Shown: positions 30,001 through 38,269 of the stretch, one piece after another | Numbering within the stretch: position 1 is the stretch's first letter | How the letters are laid out: every line of letters begins with the position of its first letter | NCBI GenBank assembly: GCA_044229975.1 | Contig: JBGARZ010000017.1 | Span: 1 to 64,000, forward strand | Reading direction: 5' to 3' | Length of the DNA stretch: 64,000 nt | DNA from: Polyangiales bacterium | GTDB taxonomy: Bacteria > Myxococcota_A > Polyangia > Polyangiales > Ga0077539 | The notes under the pieces: generated by a model | Databases searched by the model: none | Told to the model about the DNA's origin: nothing | The model's input: only the letters and a program-made list of their open reading frames with translations | Translations under genes and position numbers: made by a program

Positions 30001-30884
30001 TCCTGCGCGGTGCGCTGCGCAGTCGAATCCTGGGATCGGTCGCGTGGTGCGGTCGTGACCTCGCTGTGATTCCGGTCGGGGCGACCGGGGAGGACGAGGT
30101 CGGCGAGATCCTCCTCGACGACGTACAACGTTTCCTCAAGGCCGTCGACGAGGAGATCGTGATGGGCGACGACGACGGCAAGGGCGCCCTCTTCGTCGCG
30201 CAGGAGGGGGTGGTCGCGACTTTTTCGAGCCCCGAGTTCACGCTCCGCGAACTGGTGGCGCCAGGCGCTCAGGACTTCTTCGCCAACCACGGCGTAACGC
30301 CCGCCATGGAGACGCGCGACCTCGTCGACGCGGTGCCACTCCTCGCGCCGCAGGAGACCGCTTACGGTCCCGTGATCCTGTCTACGCGCGAGACGCTCGC
30401 GGAGTACCACCGCCTCGACCTGTCGGACCCGGCGCGCCAGAAGGCGCTCCAGAAGCTCCTCGGCGTCCTCGGTCCGATCGCCCGTGACCGCGGAGGGTCC
30501 GAGGTCGCTCGCACTGCCCGCAATCTCCGGTCAGTGCTCGAAGCCGCGCGTGGCTACGACGAAGACCACACGTTCGTCCGACGCGCACAGGGGCGTCACG
30601 CCGAGGTCTGTCTGATTCTTCCGCAGTGCCTGGCGCACGCGAGCGCTCAGGGGAAGGAGGCCGAAGCGTGGTTCGCCGCGTTGCGCGTGGCCCGCGCGGG
30701 GTTGTTGGAGTCGGCCGAGAGCTACCCCCTCTTCGCGCGCTACGGCGCCGAGCCGTTCTTGATCGCGGCGAAGCGCGCGCCGGACGTGGCGCAGGCGACG
30801 GCACTGTTTCGCGACGGGCTGCTGCTCGCGCGCGACCTCAATCTCGTGAACGCATTGCTGCTCGCCGGGACAAGGAGGGTGTGA
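27051..30884 (+). CDS. Divergent SF2 helicase with putative N-terminal PD-(D/E)xK-like domain (1277 aa)
   Basis: Walker A GCPGIGKTT, Ia YLSPR, Walker B MIDEIAGDG, III ADAS, V TSSGARGID, VI QFAYRGRG; N-terminal HADLL...VVIETS. Confidence 0.8.
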   Translation: MTRFAESFGRIFEVGVDCGVARAWHAARLLSDEQVAPLRAWTPGGLVAWLEEHHSPTAPDGVLRRERHEAVLHYFSQGHRIGQTVARAILDAIRQGHPAEDLRVERWWAPAELALQDTTQETIADRFRACWDLSPEVGLDDLVRTGQPAHADLLAQLSVDLGGHRAHHLVVIETSLRVVGPASRRLVVTERDGADVVPPVATTDLQTREVALLGQYLTRRNAFSGLRVDPLDPGDLPIDPDLASFLVGFHGTDRPAYKLAQASAYATSAARLLVRHRGLRADALQVYAVAATNLGHAGLTVVPRVVPSGLAFDRMDDLARCYGRLAAGDGRSLEEVAKRVRARALQLHARSSADGQRLVQSLLAVDPTNPASQTFVDTERVEGFHGPSAPFRRAEVAGWFQTGDLRTEQLLAGEPWERVHRHLPPGDVVTLRDVHGACVRAAIEGAPQGRVTPVLLSGCPGIGKTTALRKMLTSADHGGFLLLYLSPRTTVNGDVFAKYARDSGTDGRPEILCLTTDSRLIGGYREKTQQKTSTCVRYAGVARLSIPSRGGVPAFLDDAQVAEIAERFGTNPHVARRINQDQTEVTDLFGPGVLKTLATAIRHAASSGRYPRIATACSIQSHRRVGGHSTLDSLRHLFLHPWDRAAGRRERERFAAHSPRVVVMIDEIAGDGAGASCFWEIHERLLEEFIRPFGEKSPFTVVLVAADASLGDPRVMRDHLAAGNDQARKIYVVDAQPRPPVTIESFEGIAASSKHFRPAGPTLAVRADSFPASSLELRQRIDVRPLDDQERPEARVSEVLLDEIRAALRRVREAEASGEATLRGQVVAFVQDRRAVRAIADLLPTDPVLQQEGIHIGRDAIATLSSDSHVGIRRQLLEPVSRDAFEVILMTSSGARGIDLPLATELIAALPTFQVEAQFMEIVQFAYRGRGMSEGRGRRIDGDSLARRITFVVVRPTEALGGDRVERLWWQQARVLDLATVVLLLRGALRSRILGSVAWCGRDLAVIPVGATGEDEVGEILLDDVQRFLKAVDEEIVMGDDDGKGALFVAQEGVVATFSSPEFTLRELVAPGAQDFFANHGVTPAMETRDLVDAVPLLAPQETAYGPVILSTRETLAEYHRLDLSDPARQKALQKLLGVLGPIARDRGGSEVARTARNLRSVLEAARGYDEDHTFVRRAQGRHAEVCLILPQCLAHASAQGKEAEAWFAALRVARAGLLESAESYPLFARYGAEPFLIAAKRAPDVAQATALFRDGLLLARDLNLVNALLLAGTRRV

Positions 30885-31237
30885 CGTCTTCGCGGTAATT
30901 CTTTGCCCCTCCAGGGGGACGAAGACTGAGGCAGTGGACCGTGACCTGCGTATCTGCTGCTCGATGGGATCGTGAGCTCACCGACGGCGTCGGGCCGATG
31001 CGGAAGGAGACGCGGTCCATCCGGTGCGCCGGGACGACGGGGGCGTGGTGGGTCTTGAGGGCGTAGATCCACACCAGGGCGGGCGACTGTTGAGCGATGA
31101 CGTCGCTCGTCGAAACGCTGAAGTCGCCGAGCAAAGGTGACGTGCACGTGCCACTTACAGGGTAACAATCATCGACCGCGTCACGCCCACGATTCTCAGT
31201 GCTGGCGCAGTTGGTGGACGAGGCTCCGTGTGGGGAC

Positions 31238-31783
31238 TTAGATGCGGACGATGCGTACGCGCCGCGCGTGGTCATCCGAAACGTAGGTGTCCGTCCGGAC
31301 GACGACGATGGTCTGGCCTGAGCGGGCGCCGAGGGAGTGTTGCACGCCTAGTCGGTGGTCTTCCGCCTGGCGCACGTGCGCTTCGGTCAGCATTGAGACG
31401 CACTTGGCCTCGACAGCCGTGACACAGCCATTGGGGTAGAAGATCGCGAAGTCCAATCGCCGGGTGCGACCGTCCGACGTGGTCACGTAGACCTGCGACT
31501 CGATCCGCGAACCCGGCGCGAGGTCGCACACCATGTCGTAGGTGAGCCCCTCGAAATGCGCGCCTTGCTCGCGGTTGAGAAGGAACCGCTCCGCGCGGGT
31601 GAGATCGATCTCGGGCTCACCCGGCGGGTCGCCGTCATCGTCGCCGCGCCCGTCATCGTCGTCATCGTCGCTGACGAGCGCTGCAACCCCAGCGCCGACG
31701 ACGACCGCTGCGGCGAGGATAGCGAGGGGGTGTTGCCACCACGGTGGGGGTGGGGGTGGCGGGAGTGGATATCCTTGGGTCAC
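31238..31783 (-). CDS. Small membrane-anchored PD-(D/E)xK nuclease-like protein
   Basis: N-terminal hydrophobic helix and acidic linker, then GAHFE...RRLDFAI...AVEAK...QAEDH. Confidence 0.65.
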   Translation of the reverse strand: MTQGYPLPPPPPPPWWQHPLAILAAAVVVGAGVAALVSDDDDDDGRGDDDGDPPGEPEIDLTRAERFLLNREQGAHFEGLTYDMVCDLAPGSRIESQVYVTTSDGRTRRLDFAIFYPNGCVTAVEAKCVSMLTEAHVRQAEDHRLGVQHSLGARSGQTIVVVRTDTYVSDDHARRVRIVRI

Positions 31784-32161
31784 GGCGAACTCCAGTTGTT
31801 GCGGGCTCGCGAGTGCACGAGGTTACCGCGGCTCTATCGCATCAGATCTTGCGGTCGAGCTGCAACCAGTGTCCGGACATAGACTGTCACGGGCTGTGAC
31901 GTTATCTGTCCGAGCTGTTGACGTTGTCTGGCGGGGCCTACCAGAGGTCGTAGTTCGGCTCAGGCCGCTCCCAGAGATCGGGCGCGCCATACGCGTGTCG
32001 AGCTCGTCGACCGGGATGACGCCCTCGTCGCGCGTCCCGCAGTGCATCTCTTCTTCAGTGCAGCTACCGAGGTCGGGGTGGACCGGGGCGCCGACGATCT
32101 GTGGCGGCACGAGGTCCCTTCTGCTCGGGAGCAGCGCGGCGTCCGCCCCGGACGCACGGTT

Positions 32162-33508
32162 TCAGATCTGCGGGCAACCCGGTCCGAGGTCGCGGAGCGG
32201 GATGAACATCCAGCCCTCCCGCTCGGAGCCATCCAAGAGGCGCACGTAGAAGATGCCGTCGCCACCCCGGAGCGTGCTGCTCGCCCGGAGCACGCGCACC
32301 TCCGGGTTGGAGCCCACCTCCTCGGACCCCGCGCGCGTGACGGTCTCCGTCGGCCGGAGGTGGAACGAGGTGTAGGTCTGGTAGAGGCACCGTCCCGCGT
32401 CGTTTTCATCGGCGCCGCCCGTCTCTGCGCGTGCCGACGGGGTCGTCGCGGCGCTGGGAACGGCAGCCGGACGCGGCACGCCCTCAACGGCGACCTCCGC
32501 GATGCAGAGGTCCGACCACCGCGCGCCCGGCCACACCGCCTCGGCCACCAGGCGCACCGTCGACCCGACGGCGTGAAGGTGTTCGAACGTCACCTCTCGA
32601 TCGTCCTCGGCGACGTCGAGACGGGCCACTGTATGACCGTCGACCTGAAGCTTCACGCGGCGTAGGTGCGCGTTTCCCAGGAACAGGTCCTCGCCGTGCC
32701 CCGAGACGTGGTCCCAGCCAGTGGACACCGTGACGCGCTGAAACTCCGTCAGCGTGTCGAACGACGCCTCGATCCACTCACCCCTTCCGTGCCCGTGGGC
32801 GGCCTCGTTCCACGCCGTGGCAGGGTCGCCGTCGAACGCGAGCTCGGGCGGGTACCGCCGGTCGCGGGCGGCGATAAACGTCGACGCCCGAACCGACGTC
32901 GGCGCAAGCCCGCGGACAGCCTGTGGTGCCTCGCCCAGAGCAAACCCACAAGGCGCGACCTCCTGGGCGGTCAGGAAGGCGTATCCGTCGGCGCCGTCGC
33001 CCGACGTGTGGATGCGGAACATCTGACCTCTCCCGTGGCGCAACGTTCCGCGCCGGCCGACCTCGACTTCGGTCCCGACCGGGTACTCGCTCCCGGTCGG
33101 TGCGGCCGTCTCGGTGGGTCGGAGGTGAAAGGCAGTCGCGCGCACAATCCGACAGGCGGCCGACTGTGGCGGCACGACGACCGGGACGGGCGGAGGCGTC
33201 GGGGGTTCGGGTGAAGGCGTCGGAGGAGCGGGTGGTGCGAACGTCAGGGGCACCCGCGACGGCGGCGGGTTGTACTCGTCGACCGCGCCGCTCGCTCCTC
33301 GCTCGGCGGCGGGCGGACTCGACGACGGTGAATCGTCGGCGCCCGTCGGCTCCTGGTCCGAGAGCGACGCTGGACCCGTAGGCGTCGGCGCACCCGCGAT
33401 CTCGCGGGCCCCCAAGAGAAACACTCCGAGGACTCCTGCGACCCACGGCAGGGCGTAGCGCACCCCCGTCACTCCAGCGGCTTTGCCCTGCGGTGATCGG
33501 CTGGACAT
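32162..33508 (-). CDS. Exported protein with discoidin/glycan-binding-like domain flanked by two SH3b-like repeats
   Basis: N-terminal TM, Pro-rich linker, AFDGDPATAWNE...GEWI...LCIAEV, and two copies of C...FHLRPTET...G(Y/W)xF...C. Confidence 0.65.
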   Translation of the reverse strand: MSSRSPQGKAAGVTGVRYALPWVAGVLGVFLLGAREIAGAPTPTGPASLSDQEPTGADDSPSSSPPAAERGASGAVDEYNPPPSRVPLTFAPPAPPTPSPEPPTPPPVPVVVPPQSAACRIVRATAFHLRPTETAAPTGSEYPVGTEVEVGRRGTLRHGRGQMFRIHTSGDGADGYAFLTAQEVAPCGFALGEAPQAVRGLAPTSVRASTFIAARDRRYPPELAFDGDPATAWNEAAHGHGRGEWIEASFDTLTEFQRVTVSTGWDHVSGHGEDLFLGNAHLRRVKLQVDGHTVARLDVAEDDREVTFEHLHAVGSTVRLVAEAVWPGARWSDLCIAEVAVEGVPRPAAVPSAATTPSARAETGGADENDAGRCLYQTYTSFHLRPTETVTRAGSEEVGSNPEVRVLRASSTLRGGDGIFYVRLLDGSEREGWMFIPLRDLGPGCPQI

Positions 33509-33661
33509 CGTCGCCACCGTACGTCCGTGGAGCGCTTCGTGGAAGCGCCAGTGAACTCTGGCCAGGGGACTCGACGGCCCTCTTGCAGCGGGCGTATAAA
33601 CGGCCGCGGGGGCGCTGGCCCTCTGTTCCCCGTGTCGTCTCGATCCACGGAGTCCGAGCCC

Positions 33662-35143
33662 ATGGCCTCCCTCGCTTCCACCGACTGGTTCGGCTCCTAT
33701 CGGGCGTCCCTGCGCGCCGATCGAACCCATTGGACCGCGGTCTGGCTCTACGGCTCTCTCTGCGCCATCGGCGCTCTCTCACCCGTCGCTGGCGCGGTGC
33801 TCCTGACCTTCTTCGCCTTCTGCGCCTCCCTGCGGGTGCTGTTGCGGAACGGTTGGTTGCTCGCGCTCATGGCCGGCGCCGCTGCCGCAAGCACCTTCTT
33901 TCCGCCCCTCGGGGTCCTCCTGGCGCTCGTCGCGATCTACTTCCTGTTGCGCAGGATCGCCTTCATCTTCGAGAACATCCGGGTGATCGGGTTGGGCCTG
34001 CTCGTCTACGGCGTCGCGGTCGGGGCGATGCTCGGTGCGGACGAAGCCGCGCGCGCCGCGCTGGAGTGGACTGCCGTGCCCGCGCTGCAAGACGAGACGG
34101 TTCGGCATGTCCTGGCCGGGCTCGGGGCGGGGGCGCTCACGAGCGCCCTCATGCACGACGTACTGGTGACGACCTACAAGCGCGGCTACACGACGGCGAA
34201 GGCGCTGGAGATCATGTCGATGATCCCGCTGCTCCTCCTCAGCCTGCTGCTGCCGCTCCTCAAGCTGCATTTCAGCGTGGAGGTCCCGGCCGGACCGGGC
34301 TTCCACGGCCTCGACGGGCTGCACCACGGGTCGCCGGACCTCCATGGATACGGCGCGGTGGGGGAGGCCGTGCCCGAGGCAATGGCCGCGGGACAGGCGG
34401 CCGGGCTCGGTCGCTTCGTCCACGGTCCCCTGGCGGCAGAGCCGTCGATGGGGTTCCACGCGGCACCGCACGGCGCGCTTCACGCCGTGGACGGTCACCT
34501 CGGCGCGCCCGAGCCGCTCGCGCCCCATTTCGCGGGGGCTGCAGCCGCTCACCCCTTGCCCGGGTTCCCGCCTCCCCTGCACGCGCCGGAGCCGCAGTTC
34601 CACCCCGCGGCACCCATGCACGTCGGACCTGCGGTCCCGTCCGCCGTCGAGCCGTTTCATCCGCTCCCCGTCGCGACCGCGCCACACCCCTTCGTTCCGG
34701 CCTCTGCGCCGTTCGTCGCACCATCGCAGAACTTCGTGCAGATGATGACGGCCGACGGCCCGGTGGTCGTCCACCACTTCGGCCTGGACACCTCGTTCCA
34801 GCACGTGGGAGCCGGCGCGCCGCCGCCGATACACCTGCACCATCCGATCGCCGGGTCAGACACCCTGAGCCAGGGCCACGTCGTTCACGCCCACATCGAT
34901 CACGGACCCGGCGGCGACGTGCTCCACGACGGGATGTCTTCTTTCGGCGGAATGCGCATCACGGCGGGCCCTGATGGCTTCCACCACCTCGTCGGCCCGC
35001 AGGGGCTCGATCTGGTGCGCGGGCACGTGGTGAACGGTCAGTGGCAGATCACCGACATGCGTCCCGGGATGCACCCCACGTATCTTCCTCAGTCCGGTTC
35101 GCTCTCTTTTTCGGAGGTGCTCATCGGGCTCAGGATCGTCTGA
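33662..35143 (+). CDS. Multi-pass membrane protein with His/Pro-rich C-terminal tail
   Basis: Several hydrophobic helices in the first ~200 aa, then a His/Pro-rich low-complexity region. Confidence 0.65.
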   Translation: MASLASTDWFGSYRASLRADRTHWTAVWLYGSLCAIGALSPVAGAVLLTFFAFCASLRVLLRNGWLLALMAGAAAASTFFPPLGVLLALVAIYFLLRRIAFIFENIRVIGLGLLVYGVAVGAMLGADEAARAALEWTAVPALQDETVRHVLAGLGAGALTSALMHDVLVTTYKRGYTTAKALEIMSMIPLLLLSLLLPLLKLHFSVEVPAGPGFHGLDGLHHGSPDLHGYGAVGEAVPEAMAAGQAAGLGRFVHGPLAAEPSMGFHAAPHGALHAVDGHLGAPEPLAPHFAGAAAAHPLPGFPPPLHAPEPQFHPAAPMHVGPAVPSAVEPFHPLPVATAPHPFVPASAPFVAPSQNFVQMMTADGPVVVHHFGLDTSFQHVGAGAPPPIHLHHPIAGSDTLSQGHVVHAHIDHGPGGDVLHDGMSSFGGMRITAGPDGFHHLVGPQGLDLVRGHVVNGQWQITDMRPGMHPTYLPQSGSLSFSEVLIGLRIV

Positions 35144-35209
35144 GTGGCCGACGCGATGGGTGACGCGCCGGGGAGGCGTCGGTCAGTTCCCAATCAACGA
35201 AGGACCGCC

Positions 35210-36142
35210 ATGAAAGCCGCGCTGATCGAACTCTGGATCGACCCGACGCAGGACCCTTCGCCCGAACCTCGCACGTTCTCAGCGGTGCTCCAGGACACGC
35301 TCCGCCGCGCGGCCCTTGATCGGGATCGAGTGGTGAAGACGGCTCTCGCTCAGGCGGTGGCAGACGGGGCCGAGTGGATCGTGTTCCCCGGGTGGACGGT
35401 GGTCGGCACGAGCCCCCCGCCCTGGCTGTTGAACGCCTCACGGGGGCGCACGATCGTCTGCGAGTGCCTCCACCCCGACGGGACGGCTACCAAGGAGAAC
35501 CGCACCCGACCAGCGGCCAGCAAGGAGCGCCGCATCCCCGACCGAGCGGCTGGCGCGGTGGACGAGGCCCCAGCACCGTGGCCGTCGTGGACGACGTACC
35601 TGCTCAAGGATGGCAAGGTCGCGGTCACGGCGACACAGCGCTTCGCGAGGGCGAGCGACCGCGCCGCCGGGAGCGCGGCGCTCCTCGGAGACCTGACAGA
35701 CGGGAGTCGTTCCGACAGCGACGCCATTCTGTGGGTCTGCGGTGAGGTCGAGCTCCTCTCCGGGGGCGGGGGGCGCCGCGGCGGAGGCCCGAACCCCGTT
35801 CGCAACGAGACGAAGCACCGCGACTCGGTGCTGCGCGGCGGCGGGGTCGTCCTCAACCCGGCGCACACCCGTGCGGGGCCCCAGGCGTCGCGGGACAAGC
35901 GCGCATGGTTGTCGCGCGGCGGTTGGCTGCTCAACACGGCCAACACGCATGCCAGGGGCTGGACCTTCTGGGGTGTCGACAAGGAGGGGCAGTTCACCAC
36001 CTCGTACACCGCCGGGGTCTCCCACTCTGCGGCGGGAGTGTGGCGCCGGGGGAATCGCCTGGTGGGCAAGCCGAGGGCGTCCGTGGCGCCGATCGAGGGG
36101 CTGGTCGGCTCGAACTCGATCACCTGGGTCGACATGAGCTGA
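35210..36142 (+). CDS. Divergent carbon-nitrogen hydrolase (nitrilase)-fold protein
   Basis: GAEWIVFPG, LWVCGE and VVLNPAH in nitrilase-like order; AAGGA RBS. Confidence 0.5.
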   Translation: MKAALIELWIDPTQDPSPEPRTFSAVLQDTLRRAALDRDRVVKTALAQAVADGAEWIVFPGWTVVGTSPPPWLLNASRGRTIVCECLHPDGTATKENRTRPAASKERRIPDRAAGAVDEAPAPWPSWTTYLLKDGKVAVTATQRFARASDRAAGSAALLGDLTDGSRSDSDAILWVCGEVELLSGGGGRRGGGPNPVRNETKHRDSVLRGGGVVLNPAHTRAGPQASRDKRAWLSRGGWLLNTANTHARGWTFWGVDKEGQFTTSYTAGVSHSAAGVWRRGNRLVGKPRASVAPIEGLVGSNSITWVDMS

Positions 36143-36264
36143 ACGGACCAGTCGTACCGCCTGCAAGACAGTCGGCGTCGAGAGGGACCGATCGGCGTCA
36201 GAAAAGATCTCGTCTTGTCGTCTTGTGACGAGTTTCCGCAACCTCGGTCGGGTGCCCCCGCGGC

Positions 36265-36332
36265 TGCAACTCCCATTGCACGCAACGGATCGCCGGCCGG
36301 AATCCAAGCCGAACGTTGCAAGGTTCCTTGCA
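36265..36332. promoter_or_regulatory. Pair of TGCAA-N6-TTGCA palindromic operator-like sites
   Basis: TGCAACTCCCATTGCA (36265-36280) and TGCAAGGTTCCTTGCA (36317-36332), 52 bp apart. Confidence 0.5.
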
Positions 36333-36359
36333 CCGGCGTCCCACGCCGGAAGGAGACCC

Positions 36360-36647
36360 ATGGACATCGGATCACGCACTACGAAGAGGGTGGAAGAGGG
36401 CGGATTCAAGCAGGCGTCGCGCAACGGGTGGCCTTCCATCACCCGCAGATGGAGGCATATCGCCGGGTGGAACGCTGGAGAAGTTGCCGCTCGATCGGGG
36501 CGGGGCCCGACTGCTGTTCGTCGTGGCAGGGATCGTCGTGACCGTCTGAAGCGAGCGGTCACTGCAGAGCGTGTCGAGTACCTCCCGCGTCACGCCGCAC
36601 ACGTGTGCCGTGTTGCTCGGGACACGCTTCTTTTTTCGGTCTTTTGA
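36360..36647 (+). CDS. Possible small or degenerate XRE-like HTH regulator
   Basis: Strong AAGGAG RBS. RRWRHIAGWNAGEVAARSG resembles XRE helices 1-2, but the rest is not convincing. Confidence 0.3.
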   Translation: MDIGSRTTKRVEEGGFKQASRNGWPSITRRWRHIAGWNAGEVAARSGRGPTAVRRGRDRRDRLKRAVTAERVEYLPRHAAHVCRVARDTLLFSVF

Positions 36648-36700
36648 GATGAAGAGTCGACGCCTCCACCTCGTAGGTTCGCGCCACGGAGGGTGGACGA

Positions 36701-38269
36701 ATGGCGGTCTCATACGATCAGGTTCACGCGCTGGTGAAGGCCGACACGGCGGTGCTTCACATCGCTTCCTTCGAGTGGGAGCGGGTCCGGGGGTGGTGCA
36801 TCGGGCTCGCGCGCGACCTCGCGCTGCCGCTCAAGGTCTGGAGTTCGTCGTCGGGACTCCAGCGCCCCCGCGGCGACGGCTGGGAGACAGAAACCGAGGA
36901 CACTGATCCCATCGCCGTGATGGCGGCGCTCCGTGAGTCGAAGGAGGGCGGCGTGCTCCTCCTTGAGGACATCCACCCCTACCTCGAACCCCAGCACCAC
37001 GCCGTCACGCGCTACGTCCGCGAGATGGCTCGCTGCGGGGCCGAACCGCGGCGGTTGCTCGTCCTGTCGACGCCGCTGCCCGGGCTCCCGCCCGAGTTGC
37101 AGAAGGAGGTCCCCACGATCGACCTGCCCCTACCGGGCGTCGATGAATTGCAGGAGGTCGCCCGCCTCGTCGCCGAGGCGCACGTGGTGCCCTTCGAACC
37201 GAGCGATGCCCTCTTCGCCGCGGCGCGCGGCCTGACGGTGATGGAGGCGCGGGTCGCCTTCGGGATGGCGGCCGTGCAGGACGGGCGCGTCGGCGCCAAC
37301 GCGATTGGCATGGTGGCGCGCGAAAAGGAGCGTGTGATCCGCCAGAGCCAGGTGCTCGAATACTTCGAGCCGGACGCGGGCATGGCGGACGTCGGGGGCC
37401 TGGAGAACCTCAAGCGCTGGCTCGACCGGCGCGGCCGCGCGTACGGGCCGGGCGCGCGGAAGTACGGCCTCGACGTCCCCAAGGGCGTGCTGCTCCTCGG
37501 GGTGCAGGGCTGCGGCAAGAGCCTCGTCGCCAAGGCCGTCGCCGCGTCGTGGGAGTTTCCGCTGCTGCGGCTCGACCTGGGGAAGGTGTTCGGCGGCATC
37601 GTGGGGCAGTCCGAAGGAAACGTCCGCGCGGCACTCCAGATGGCGCAGGCGCTCGCCCCCTGCGTGCTCTGGATCGACGAGATCGAGAAGGGCCTCGCGG
37701 GCGTGGGCAGCTCCGACCAGACGGACGGGGGCACGACCGCGCGCGTGGTGGGCACGCTGCTCACGTGGATGCAGGAGAAGCGCGAGCCCGTCTTCGTGGT
37801 CGCGACGGCCAACCGCGTGGACATGCTCCCGCCCGAGCTGCTGCGGAAGGGGCGCTTCGACGAGCTCTTCTTCGTCGACCTCCCCACGCACGCGGTGCGC
37901 AAGGAGATCCTCAAGATCCATCTGGTCAGGAAGAAGCGGAAGCCGAAGGACTTCGACCTCGAAGAGCTCGCCCGCTTGTCGGTCGGCTACTCGGGGGCGG
38001 AGCTGGAGGAGGCCGTGCGCGAGGGGCTCTTCGAGGCCTTCGCGGAGGGGCGCGAGGTCACGACGGAGCACATCGCCGTCGCCCTCCAGGGGACCTTTCC
38101 CCTCTCACGCACCATGGACGAACAGATCGGCGCCTTGCGGCGGTGGGCGCGGGTGCGCGCGCGCCTTGCCAGTTCCGATGAGCCCGAGGCGCTGCCCGAG
38201 CAGACGCAGTCCGCGCCGAAGCTCCGTCAGGAAACTCGCAACCCCTTCGTCCCAGAGGGTACGCGATGA
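36701..38269 (+). CDS. Ycf46-family AAA+ ATPase
   Basis: Degenerate N-terminal AAA, EKERVIRQS, DVGGLENLK, GVQGCGKS, WIDEIEKG, LPPELLRKGRFDE. Confidence 0.9.
   Translation: MAVSYDQVHALVKADTAVLHIASFEWERVRGWCIGLARDLALPLKVWSSSSGLQRPRGDGWETETEDTDPIAVMAALRESKEGGVLLLEDIHPYLEPQHHAVTRYVREMARCGAEPRRLLVLSTPLPGLPPELQKEVPTIDLPLPGVDELQEVARLVAEAHVVPFEPSDALFAAARGLTVMEARVAFGMAAVQDGRVGANAIGMVAREKERVIRQSQVLEYFEPDAGMADVGGLENLKRWLDRRGRAYGPGARKYGLDVPKGVLLLGVQGCGKSLVAKAVAASWEFPLLRLDLGKVFGGIVGQSEGNVRAALQMAQALAPCVLWIDEIEKGLAGVGSSDQTDGGTTARVVGTLLTWMQEKREPVFVVATANRVDMLPPELLRKGRFDELFFVDLPTHAVRKEILKIHLVRKKRKPKDFDLEELARLSVGYSGAELEEAVREGLFEAFAEGREVTTEHIAVALQGTFPLSRTMDEQIGALRRWARVRARLASSDEPEALPEQTQSAPKLRQETRNPFVPEGTR

Noticed and set aside
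30838..31275. Minus-strand 145-aa ORF
   Set aside because: No RBS or motif, and it overlaps neighbouring genes.
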